From an uncultured Ureaplasma sp. (lineage in GTDB: Bacteria; Bacillota_I; Bacilli_A; Mycoplasmatales; Mycoplasmoidaceae), in NCBI GenBank assembly GCA_947039515.1, contig CAMQYY010000001.1, forward strand, positions 126,902 through 190,901: a stretch of DNA of 64,000 bases. Direction: 5' to 3'. The translations under genes and the position numbers were made by a program. Positions 32,605-43,828 of the stretch are shown piece after piece; positions within the stretch are counted from its first letter, which is position 1; each line of letters starts with the position of its first letter. A model generated the notes under the pieces. The model made no database searches. It worked only from the letters and a program-made list of their open reading frames with translations, and had not been told where the DNA came from.

Positions 32605-35562
32605 TTATTCTTCTGAATCGCTATAGTCTTCTGATGAATCAGAACTTTCTAAAGCTTTTCTTTTAGATAATACAATCCTTCTAATAATAAATATTAAAGC
32701 GATTATTAAAATAAGACCTGCAATACCACCAACTATAGCAAATATTATTCCAAATGTATCAGCAACAACATTAGTTCCACCACCAGCAGATAAAATAGCA
32801 GTATTTGAATTTGCATTTAAAATACTACCTAAATCAATAGCTGCATTATTGTTATAAATAGATTTAAAAGTAAACCCATCAATTGTTGTATTTAATTTAG
32901 TATCAGTTTGAGGTTTAAAGTTTAATAAAGTATCATCAGTAGTAATTGTAGCATCCAAAGTACCACCAGTAAATTGAATTCTATCACCAAGAGCATCTAC
33001 TTTTAAAGTTTTTAAAACTTCATCACTTAAAAGTTTTTCATCAACACCTTGTGTTGTAAATCATAGTCTTTTTTTAGCTAAATTCAATGTAGGTTCTCCA
33101 CCTTCAACACCTGGAGTAGGATAATTATCATTAAATGCAGTCATTAATTCTTGAAGTGCTGGAATTAAAGTAGAGTCGCCTTTTGCAGCTATTGCTGCTT
33201 TTTCAAGCTCTTTATAATCATTATTATTAATATTTACATTTGTTCCAGCTTGAATTAAATCATTTTGTTTATAGAATTTAATATTACCAACAGATGGAGC
33301 AGTAATACCACCATGATTAGCATTATTAAATTTTGTTAAATCTCCAAAAGGAATGAATAATTTAGAAACATTATTATTTAAAAACATATCAGTATAGTCA
33401 ATAGCAGCAGCACTTTGTGCAGTATCACTAGCACCAGCTAAAGAAGGCATAGTAAATCTTGTTAAAGAAGGAGTGTCAGCAAATGCACCTTTTCCTAAAG
33501 ATGTTAAACTACTTGGTAAAGTAGCTGAAGTTAGAGTTGAAGAATTAGAAGCTAAATTTGTTCCAATAGATGTTAAAGTTCTTGGTAATTCTAAAGTTTT
33601 TAAAGATGTGAAATTAGAAAATACATTATTACCAATAGTTTTTAATTGAGAAGAAACTCTATCACCTTTTGTTACTTTAGCTGTTAATTGTCCATCAGAA
33701 CCAACTTCTGTTATAATAGATTCAGGATTTGGTAAGAAATCATTAAATTTAATAACTTGTGCAACATTTTTTGTAGATTCTCATAAATAACTATAAATAA
33801 CTGTATCTGGAGTACCTATCTGAAGATTATTTGCTAAAGAATTAGGAACATCCTTAAATTCAGTAATATATTCAGGAATAGTCAATACATTAGTTTGATT
33901 GTTGAAAATTGGATCACCAGTTAATTTATGTTTTGTTGTATAGTCATACTTAGGAAAATTTCATGTTGGTTTGTCTGGACTTCTATAATCCAATACATCA
34001 AAAGTTTTATCTTCTTCTGTGATTACATATGGTTCTCATTTTGCAGAAGCTTCTTTTTCAACAGCAGTAGTTTTTAAAGCTCTATAATAATTACCACCAT
34101 CAGTTGTATCATTAACTAAATAACCATTAGTACCAACTAAATTACTTGTATATTCCATTTTATTAATACCTATTGCATTAGCATTATAAGAGAATATTGA
34201 ATTTGCTGGTGTAGGACTAGGAGCTCCTTCATTTATGTATCTATTAGATATAACACCTAATTCATTAATTGTTTCAAAACCAGACATTAAATGAGAAACA
34301 CGATTTCAATCATTATTTAAATTATTTAAATAATTACTTTGATTAACAGTGCCTGAATTCAAAGTAGCATTAAATATTGCATATTCATTTGAATTTGGAG
34401 CATATTTATTTGCAAAAGCTGTTTGAGCAGCAGCTATTTTTGATGTTTCAGTAGCTGGTGTCATAACATGGCTTGTAGCAGGAACATAATTTGTCACTTT
34501 ACCTGTAGTAGTACCTGTTACTTCATAAAAATTAGTAACATCTTGAAATCACATACTTTCAGCAAATATTCTATTTGAATTATTTGTCAAAGGATATTGC
34601 ATTGTTTGAACTACTGAAGGTACATTTGGAACTGAAATAGTTAGATTATTATAAAACAAAGGATTAATAGCAGATGATTCAACATTAGATAAAGGTGGAG
34701 TACCAAGAGGTGGATTAGTATAATATTTATTAGAAACAATTGTATTATTGAATAATCCTAAGTAGTTAGCTTTATCACCTAAACTATTTAATTCATGAGG
34801 AGTTGGACTTTCTAGGTTCATCACATTAGTAGTATTATTTAGAACAGATCATTGCATATTTGCTGGATAAACTATTTCTCTAGAAACATCTTTACTTGGT
34901 TTTGGTAATCCAGCTCATCTTGAAAGAGAAAAATCACTTCTACCTGTAAATGGTGCCAACTGTCCAGGTGCTTCAGTCGGTGGGACTGTATCAAATTTAT
35001 GTATACCATTATGAAAATATATTTTATTATTTTTAAAACTCGTATGCATATCAGCTGGTTGAGGAAAATAAACTTTTGTCAATTCTGACATTCAACTAAA
35101 TACTTCAGTACCAACTTTTCCTAACATTGAACCTTTTTGAAAACGAATTTCTTTAACCTGACTCATTCAAGGATTTGCAACATTATCAGTAGCATGACCA
35201 TATTCATTACCACCTGGTGCTAATTTAAGTGTCGCTTCAAGTGACCTTACATAATTAGGAATAGTAAAAACACCTGTATCAGGATTTCAAGCTGGTTTAT
35301 TAGTATCAACATTGTCACCAGTAGGAGTACCAAGACCTCATGTTGTAATATCACCAAGATATCCACTACTAAATTGAGCACGCACAGTAGTAATAATTCT
35401 ATTACTATTATTAGTACCTTCTTTTAATAGAACATTACTAAGATTATTATTAGTATCTACATTACTATTAGCAAGACTTATTCCAAGTCCTAATCCTGAA
35501 GCAATAACAACACCTGTAAATAAAGAAGCTATTGTAATTTTTTTTATATTTTGTTTTTTCAT
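32605..35562 (-). CDS. BspA-type leucine-rich-repeat surface protein, copy B, 985 aa
   Basis: Six track ORFs share one frame: 35338..35562, 34549..34824, 34306..34497, 34036..34287, 33061..33450 and 32605..32958. The three C-terminal fragments translate identically to copy A (117, 129 and 83 aa). A fourth fragment differs by one residue. The N-terminal ectodomain is divergent. Confidence 0.75.
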
Positions 35563-35617
35563 TTTTTATCCTTTTTCATTTTAAAAAATTAATATTAAAT
35601 AATTATACATCAAATAA

Positions 35618-36073
35618 TTATTTAATGTGGAAAATATCCTTATTTAAATTTTTATCATAATCTATAATGTCATTATTATCAAAATAGATACCCATTTCAT
35701 ACTCAGCATTTTCAAGATTATCACTTCCATGAATAATGTTCATACCTAAATCATTAGAAAAATCACCTCTAATTGTACCTATACTAGATTCTAAAGGATT
35801 AGTTGCTCCAATAAACTTTCTTGACATTTCTATAATATTATTACCGCTAATAACCATTAAAACAACAGGATTTGAAGTAATTGATTGAACTAATTCATCA
35901 TAAAAAGGTCTTTCTCTATGAACATAATAATGTTTTTTAGCTTGTTCTTCAGTTACTAAAGCAAATTTAATAGCATTAATCATGAAACCTTTCTTTTCAA
36001 ATCTAGTAATAATTTCACCAATTAAATTTCTTTGAACTGCATTGGGTTTGATCATAATAAATGTTTTTTCCAT
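35618..36073 (-). CDS. ndk: Nucleoside diphosphate kinase
   Basis: Complete 151-aa track ORF. The pattern MEKTFIMIKPNAVQRNLIGEIITRFEKKGF...HYYVHRERPFY...GATNP...GTIRGDF...NIIHGSD includes the catalytic His in NxxHGSD. It contains no Trp or TGA. Confidence 0.85.
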   Translation of the reverse strand: MEKTFIMIKPNAVQRNLIGEIITRFEKKGFMINAIKFALVTEEQAKKHYYVHRERPFYDELVQSITSNPVVLMVISGNNIIEMSRKFIGATNPLESSIGTIRGDFSNDLGMNIIHGSDNLENAEYEMGIYFDNNDIIDYDKNLNKDIFHIK

Positions 36074-36129
36074 ATTTTTCTCTTTTCTATATAAAATATA
36101 TAATATATTTTATATTTATATTAATTATT

Positions 36130-38046
36130 CTAAATATTTTCAATTTCATCTTCAAATTGGCTATTAAACATTTTAGAATAGAAACCATCTTCATTTTTTA
36201 ATAAACTATCATGATTACCTTTTTCAATAATTCTTCCATTTTTAAGAACTATTATTAAATCAGAGTTAACAATTGTTGAAAGTCTATGAGCAATGATTAT
36301 TGATGTTTTTCTTTTCATTAATTCATTTAAAGCTAATTGAATGTCGATTTCTGTTTTAGTATCAACATTACTAGTAGCTTCATCTAAAATTAAAATTTTA
36401 GCTGGATCTATAATTGCTCTTGCTATTGATATTAATTGTTTTTGACCAACTGAAAGAGAATCTCCATTATTATGTAAAATTGTGTCATAACCATTTTCTA
36501 ATTGACTAATAAAGAAATCACATCTTGTTAATTTAGCAGCAGCATAAATTTCTTCGTCAGTTGCATTTAAATTACCTAATCTAATATTGTCTTTAACAGA
36601 AGTATTAAAAATAAATGGATTTTGTAAAACTATAGCAATATTATCTCTTACAGATTCTTTTTTAACATTAGCAATATCTTTTCCATCAAAAAGAATTTTA
36701 CCTTCACTAATATTATAAAATTTAGTTAATAAATTAATAATAGTAGATTTACCACTACCTGTTGGACCAACTATTGCTATTGATTGATTTTTAGTAATTT
36801 CAAAAGAAACATCTTTTAAAATTCTTTTATTTTTTGAATAAGAGAAATTTAAATTTTCAATTGATATATTTCCTTGAACATCTTCTAATAAATCATTTTC
36901 ATTTTCTAAATCTTCATTTTCTTCTTTATAAATACTAAAAATTCTTTTTGCCGATGAAAAACCCATTTGGAACATACTTGTTAAAGATAAAAGATTACTA
37001 ATAGGACTTATTACTTGTCTTGTTAAAATAGTAAAAATAGTAATAATAGCTATATTTTGAGTTATACTAGCAGTTGTACCTCCCATAATAACACTTGCAA
37101 ATGGTGGATTATCCATTAATGCAAAAACACCACCAATAATTGAAATTAATAAAATAATAAAGTTAATCATAAAGATACTTCATGGCATAACAAAAGAACT
37201 TATTTTTTCTCCTTTGTATGAAACATTAACTAATTCTTTATTTTTTTCATTAAATTGTTTAGATATTTTTTCTTGTTGATTAAATAAGTTAGTAAGATTT
37301 TGTCCAGAAAACATTTCTTCAACAAATCCATTAGTTTCACCTAAGTACTCTTGTCTCTTTTGAAAGAAAGGTTGAGTTTTCTTAACAATAAAGAAAACAA
37401 CTATTAAAAATGTTGGTACTGTTACTAAAACAATAGCAGCTAATGTTGCTGAAATTAAAAACATTGTAATCATTGAACCAAAGATTGTTAAAAATCCTGT
37501 TATTAAATCAGACAAAGTAAAAGATAAAACAAAAGTAATATTCATTGTATCATTAGTCGAAATTGAAATTAAATCACCAGATGATCGTGTATCAAAAAAA
37601 GACATTTTTAACTTTTGGAGTTTAGTAAATAAGTCATAACGAATTTCATGACTAATTTTTTCACCTAACCTAATTAATAGAATTCTTTGTATATAAGTGA
37701 ATATAGCATATAGCAAATACCAAATACCAAGAATAGTTACAAAAGTTGTGAATTCACCTTGAGAAGTTAAAGTAGTAAAAGATGTTACATACATTAAAGT
37801 AATAACAGATGCCATATTGAAAGCTATTGTAAAAATTACAGAAATAAAAGCAAAAAATAATAACTTCTTATAATTTTTCATATAAGCAAAAATAATTCTA
37901 ACAACTGATTGTCCTTCTTTTGCTCTTTGAAAAGGTGATTTCTTTTTATTATCATTTAAAATAGCTATTGGATTTTCAAAACTAGTACTTGTCTCATTAA
38001 ATATCGGACTAGGAATATTTTTTTCTTCAAGATTATTTGGTGTCAT
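36130..38046 (-). CDS. ABC exporter half-transporter (TMD-NBD), consensus-site subunit, 638 aa
   Basis: Track ORFs 37180..38046 and 36130..37170 are in frame, joined by one TGA. Motifs: Walker A GPTGSGKST, signature LSVGQKQL (Gly to Val), Walker B ILILDEATSNVD, H-loop IIAHRLST. Confidence 0.85.
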
Positions 38047-39832
38047 TTTTTATTTCCTCCTCTCCTAATTGATTTAAAGCAATATCATAATAATATTCAC
38101 AATTATTCAATAAATATTTATGTGTTCCTTGACTAATTATTTTTCCATTTTCCATAACAATAATATTATCTAAATTTTTTAAAGCGGTTATTCTTTGAGC
38201 AATAAAGATTTTAGTTGCATTTTGATAATTTTTGTTAATCATGCTTTGAACATTTTTTTCAGTTAACATATCAAGAGCTGAAGTTGAGTCATCAAAAATA
38301 AGAACTCTTGGTTCTTTGATTAAACTTCTAGCAATTGATATTCTTTGCTTTTGGCCACCAGAGAAATTCTCTCCTCTTTGTTCAACAATTTCATCTAAAC
38401 CATCTACTTTTGTTGCTAGAACTTCATTTACACAACTTGATTCAAGTGCTTTTTCTAATTCTTCTTCTGTTGGATCATCTTTTCCATAGTAAATATTAGA
38501 TCTAATAGTACCTGAAAATAATACTGATTTTTGAGGTGTAATAGAAATATTATCTCTTAATGATTTCAAAGATAAATCTTTAATATCATTATCATTAATT
38601 AATAATTTACCAGAATCAATATCATATAATCTTGTAATTAAATTAATTAAACTAGTTTTACCAGAGCCTGAATGTCCAATAATACCTAATGATGATTTAT
38701 TTTTAATTTTCAAATTAATATCATTTAGAATTCACTCTTCAGAATTATTATATTTGAAATTAACGTTTTCAAACACAATATCAAAATTAGTATCAATATT
38801 AATTGGATTTTCTGATTCTTGAATACTAGGATTAGTGAAAAATACTTCATTAACTCTTCTAATAGTTGCTTGAGATCAACCTATTTCACCAACTATTGAA
38901 CTTAGTAACATTAATCCAGCAGCTGTTAGTGCTGCTAAGTTTGTTAAACTAGCTATTTCATCATTAACTGTACCTGGTGGATTAGTTGCTATAATAAGAA
39001 CAATTACTAAATTAATAAGAATTAAAACAAATGGAGAAAAACTTAAAGAAGCTATTGAAGAACTGATTCCATATTTTGTTAATTTATCATTAACCTTATT
39101 AAAATATTTTATTTCTAATTTTTGTAAATTATTTGATTTAACAATTCTTACTCCAAGTAAATTTTCTCTCATTTTTTCATTAGCACTATCAAGTGAAGAT
39201 TGTAGATTATAAAATGTTGGAATCATTATTTTAAATAGGATTCCTAAGATTATTATTAAAAGAAACAAAGCTCCTAAAAAATAAGTTCCATAAATCGGAT
39301 TAATAAAAAAGGCAAAAATAATACTACCAACAAAAAGAGCAATTGCTCTTGGAATAATTGATAAAGATCTAATAAAAACATTTTGAATCATTGTAATATC
39401 AGCTGTCATTCTAGTAGTTAAAGAAGAAATTGAAAACTTATCAATATCACTAGCTGATAAACTTTGAACTTTATTATAATATCTATCTCTGATATTATAA
39501 CCAAAACCCATACCTATTCTAGCAGTTAAAACATTAGAAACTGCTCCTGAAATTAATGTAAATAAAGCACCTGTTGCCATTATTACAAATACAATTGATA
39601 AAGATGCCATTTGATTACCATTAAACATCGCTCTAAAATGTTGAGACATAGTAACAATAAATTGCATAAATGGATTCAGGTCGTTTGCTAAATTTGGATT
39701 AATAATATCAAAAATAACTAAAAGCATTAAAGGTTGAACAAAATCACCTAGTGTTTGAATTAGTCTAACAAATAAAATGGTAAGTAATAATTTCTTATCC
39801 TTTTTAGAAAAGAATGTAAATAAATGTTTCAT
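38033..39832 (-). CDS. ABC exporter half-transporter (TMD-NBD), degenerate-site subunit, 599 aa
   Basis: Track ORFs 38876..39832 and 38033..38713 are in frame. Motifs: Walker A GHSGSGKTS, signature FSGGQKQR, Walker B LIFDDSTSALD (Asp in place of the catalytic Glu), H-loop position IFIAQRIT (Gln in place of His). It overlaps the downstream partner by 14 nt. Confidence 0.85.
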
Positions 39833-39901
39833 ATATATATCCTATACATCCTTTTTATTATATATGATATAAAAATTAAATAGAAATATTATATAGACAT
39901 A

Positions 39902-40468
39902 ATGCAAAATATTTTAGACAAAATTTATCAAGATTCAATAAAAGAAAAAATAGCACCACTAAAATTAAGTGCTTCAAAATTTATTATGGACTTAATTAAC
40001 AAAAATAATTATGAAAAATACCTTGAAATTGGTAGTGGACTTGGTTATAGTTCTCTTTTAATTTATGAAAACACTACTATAAATAAAATAACAACTATTG
40101 AAAGAGATCCTACTCGTTTTTCAAAAGCAAAAGAAAACTTAAAAGGATATCAAAAAATTGATTTAATTAATATTGATTGTTTTGATTATGAAACTAATGA
40201 TAAATATGATTTTATTCTTCTAGATGGACCAAAAACTAGGTTAGAAGAATTATTTTTAAAATATATTAAATTATTAAATCAAAATGGAATGATGATTATT
40301 GATAATATTTATTTAAAGAATTTAGCAGATTTAGAAATAAAAACTAATAATCAAATGCGAATACTATTAAAATTAAATGAGTTCAAAGATTGAATTTTTA
40401 AAAATGATGATTATTCAATTCAACTAATTGATATTGATGATGGTTTATTAATGATTCAATTAAAATAG
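39902..40468 (+). CDS. trmR: SAM-dependent O-methyltransferase, YrrM/TrmR-like (tRNA 5-hydroxyuridine methyltransferase), 188 aa
   Basis: Track ORF 39902..40393 extended through TGA to TAG 40466-40468. The SAM motif is LEIGSGLGYSSL, followed by ...FILLDGPK... Its position directly upstream of two U32 genes mirrors B. subtilis yrrM-yrrN-yrrO. Confidence 0.7.
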
Positions 40469-40477
40469 GAGTAAAAA

Positions 40478-41380
40478 ATGAAGTTAAAAATTGCAATTAA
40501 TAGTATTGAGCATTTAGATTATTGTTTAGAAAATAGCGTTGATGCTCTTATTATTGGTAATGAATCTTTTGCACTAAGAAATTCTATTTCTTTTAATATT
40601 AATGAAATAGATAAAATTAATAAAAGAAGAAATAAATCTGAAATATATGTTTTAGTTAACAAAATATTTGTTGAAGATGAATTAGAAGCATTAGAAAAGT
40701 ATTTAATTGATTTAGATAGAATTAAAATTAATAAAATTATTTTTCAAGATTTTGCAGTTGTTCATTTAATCGAAAGAAATAATTTAAATTTTTATTTAAA
40801 TTATAATCCAGAAACACTAATAACTTCTCATTATCAGTTTGATTTTTATAAGAAATGTCAAGTTAATGAAGTGAGTTTAAGTAAGGAATTAACTCTTTAT
40901 GAAGTTAATGAAATTACTAAAAATAAAAATAATTTATCGATTGAAATTTTAGGACATGGTTATTGTTTTATTATGCACTCAAGATGGAATTTAATTTCTA
41001 ACTTTGAAAAATATTATGAAACAATTCTTGATAAGAAAATATGAATTAGAGAAGAAATGCGTAAATTAAGTAATTTAATTTATGAAGATAAAAATGGAAG
41101 TCATATGTTCTCTGGTTATGAATTAGCAACAATTAATATCTTAGATAAAGTAAATGATCTTGATTATTTAAAAATTGATACCTTTTTCTATGATTCGAAT
41201 AAATCAATATTGGTTACAAAAATATATCAAGATGCTTTTAATAAAATCAAAAGTAATGAATATAATCTTGATTTTAAAACTCAAGCATTTGAAAAATTAG
41301 ATAAAACCGCTGATAAATTTATTGATAATGGTTTTTTAAAAAATAATATGAAACACCCACATTTAAAAAAATATGAATAA
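40478..41380 (+). CDS. yrrN: Peptidase U32-family protein, short paralog (YrrN-like), 300 aa
   Basis: Track ORFs 40478..41044 and 41057..41380 are in frame, joined by TGA. Its size, its order in the operon and the 8-nt overlap with the next U32 gene fit the yrrN/yrrO pair. Confidence 0.7.
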
Positions 41381-42581
41381 AATAATAAATAAAATTGAAT
41401 TATTATCTCCAAGTGGAGATAAAACAAAAGCATATTATGCACTTAATTATGGAGCTGATGCTATTTATATCGGTGCTAAAGAGTTCAGCTTAAGAAAAAG
41501 AGCTGGAAATTTTGATATTGAAGATATTAAAGAAATTGTTAATTATGCTCATAGTTTAAATAAAAAAGTTTACTTGGTAATGAATGTTATTTGTCGTAAT
41601 TTTTTATTTAAAGACTTTCATATTTTCTTTAAGAAAATAGAAGATATTGAAATAGATGCTTATATTGTTGCTGATGTTGCTATTATTAATTTTCTAAATG
41701 AAAATTATCCTAAAAAAGAAATTCATATTTCAACTCAACAATCAACAACAAATTCAGCAAGTTGCTTATTTTGAAAAAAATATGGAAATGCTACTAGAGT
41801 TGTTTTGGGAAGAGAATTGAAATTAGATGAAATTAGAAAAACATCTGAAAATTTAAAAAATGAAATTGAACTTGAAATTTTTATACATGGAGCTGTTTGT
41901 ATTTCATATAGTGGTAGATGTATGATGTCTAATAACTTTAGTCTAAGAGATGCTAATGTTGGTGGATGTGCTCAATCTTGTCGATGAAAATATCATATTG
42001 AAGATAAAGATAATAAAGTTTATAATAATCATTTTTTTACAATGAGTCCTAAAGATATGAGTTATATTAACTATTTAGATGAATTAATGAAACTTAATAT
42101 TGCTTCATTTAAAATTGAAGGAAGAATGAAATCAGTTAATTATATTGCTGAAGTTGTCAAAACTTATCGTGAAATAATGGATAAGCACTATGAGAATGTT
42201 AATTTTGATACAAATGTTTATTTTAATAAAATTAAAAATATTGCAAATAGAGATATTGATTCAGCTTTTATTTCTAATGCAGATGAATCAAAAATGCTTT
42301 ATCATGATGAAAAAAAATTAACTAATCAAGATTTCATCTTTACTATTGAAAAAATTATTGATGAATCAAAATTTTTAATTAGAACTAAAAATAACTTTAA
42401 TATTGAACAAAAAATAAGACTTGTTAATCCATTTTTAGAAGATCAATTTGTCTATCTTGATGAAATATTAGATTTGAATAATAACTCAATAAAAAATGCA
42501 AATATCCCTGATTCAGAGTTATATATTACTATTAAAAGTGATTGTACTATTAATGATTATACACTTGGTAAGTTAAACTAA
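41373..42581 (+). CDS. yrrO: Peptidase U32-family protein (YrrO-like), 402 aa
   Basis: Track ORFs 41373..41774, 41805..41987 and 42042..42581 are in frame. The U32 signature is EIFIHGAVCISYSGRCMMSNNFSLRDANVGGCAQSCRW. Confidence 0.8.
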
Positions 42582-43720
42582 AATTTCTTCACTAATTCAA
42601 AACTATTTTTAATAACATCATCCATATCATAATATTTATATTCACTCAATCTACCTATTAAAAATAGGTTAGAATATTTAGAAGATTTTTTTTGATATTT
42701 TAAATATTTTTTATTATTTTCATCATTATTAATTGGATAAAAAGGAATATTAAACACTTTATCATTAATATCAAAATTACCAGGATATTCCCTTGTAATT
42801 GTTGTATTTTCCTTATTAATTTGCTTAGTCATATGTTTATATTCACATATTCTTGTTAATGATTTATGAGCTGGATAGTTAACTACTGCTGTTTCTTGAA
42901 AAAATTCTTGTTTTAAATCTTCAAATTGAATATCTAAAGAACGATATTGAAGTTTTTCATACTCATATTTAAAAAGCTCATCAATTCTACCACTAAAAAT
43001 AACATCTAATTCTTCATTTTTAAAGATTATTTTTGAATCTTTAAAACTAATAAAATCAATGCCATTTTGGTTTTTAAAAACAGTAATATTTTTATGATCT
43101 AATATTTTATTAATCATCTCAGTATAACCTAATAAAGGTAGTCCTTGATATTTATCATCAGGGAAATAATTTCAAACATGATTTAAATTAATTTTTACCC
43201 TTTTAAGAACATTAATATCAATATCTTTAATATCAATTCCTCACATTTTCATTGTATAGTTTGCATATATTTTTAAATATATATTATTAATTAATTTTTT
43301 AAGATCAACATCATCTATCTTTTCAAGTAGTTCATGAATACTAATACTTGTTTCATTTTTGAATAGTTTCTTAACTTCTGTTTGAAATTTTTCAAACAAA
43401 TCAGAATCAATAGCTTTAATAGAGTCAAAATTAATTGGAAACTTAATTAATTTTGAATCATATTCGACTTGAACTTCATTAATATAATCATTAAAATTAG
43501 TAAATCTATTAACAAATTCTCAAACATCATCATAATTTGTATGAAAAATATGTGGTCCATATTTGTGAACTAAAATATTATTATCACGATAATAATCATA
43601 GACATGTCCGCCTAGATGATTTTTAATTTCATAGACTTCAACTAAATAACCTTTTTCACTTAATAACCGAGCACAAACAGAACCAGAAAGACCAGAACCA
43701 ATAATAATAATTTTCTTCAT
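42578..43720 (-). CDS. glf: UDP-galactopyranose mutase, 380 aa
   Basis: Track ORFs 43520..43720 and 42578..43117 are in frame. I scanned the gap and found only TGA. The N-terminal FAD fold is MKKIIIIGSGLSGSVCARLLSEKGYLVEVYEIKNHLGGHVYD...VHKYGPHIFHT. The TAG stop overlaps the yrrO stop region by 4 nt (convergent genes). Confidence 0.85.
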
Positions 43721-43828
43721 ATTTAACCTTTTTTATTAAGCTTCATTATTATTATTATAAAATTAATTTTGACTAATGAAAAAGAATAAAATATTCTTTT
43801 TTTATAAATTAAGTATCTAGGAAAAATA

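Larger units (their letters stand above)
29343..35580. repeat. Direct tandem duplication, two units of about 3.12-3.15 kb (gene plus terminator plus part of the flank)
   Basis: The offset is 3154 nt at the 3' ends (29451 versus 32605) and 3121 nt at the 5' ends (32441 versus 35562). The flank motif taaaataggaaat...tatttgatgaata...aactagaaaattaattttctagtt is present after both copies. Confidence 0.9.

Noticed and set aside
29343-35580. Whether the tandem duplication is a mobile element or composite transposon.
   Set aside because: I saw no transposase, integrase, terminal inverted repeats or target-site duplications. The unit boundaries coincide with a gene plus its terminator, which fits unequal recombination rather than transposition.
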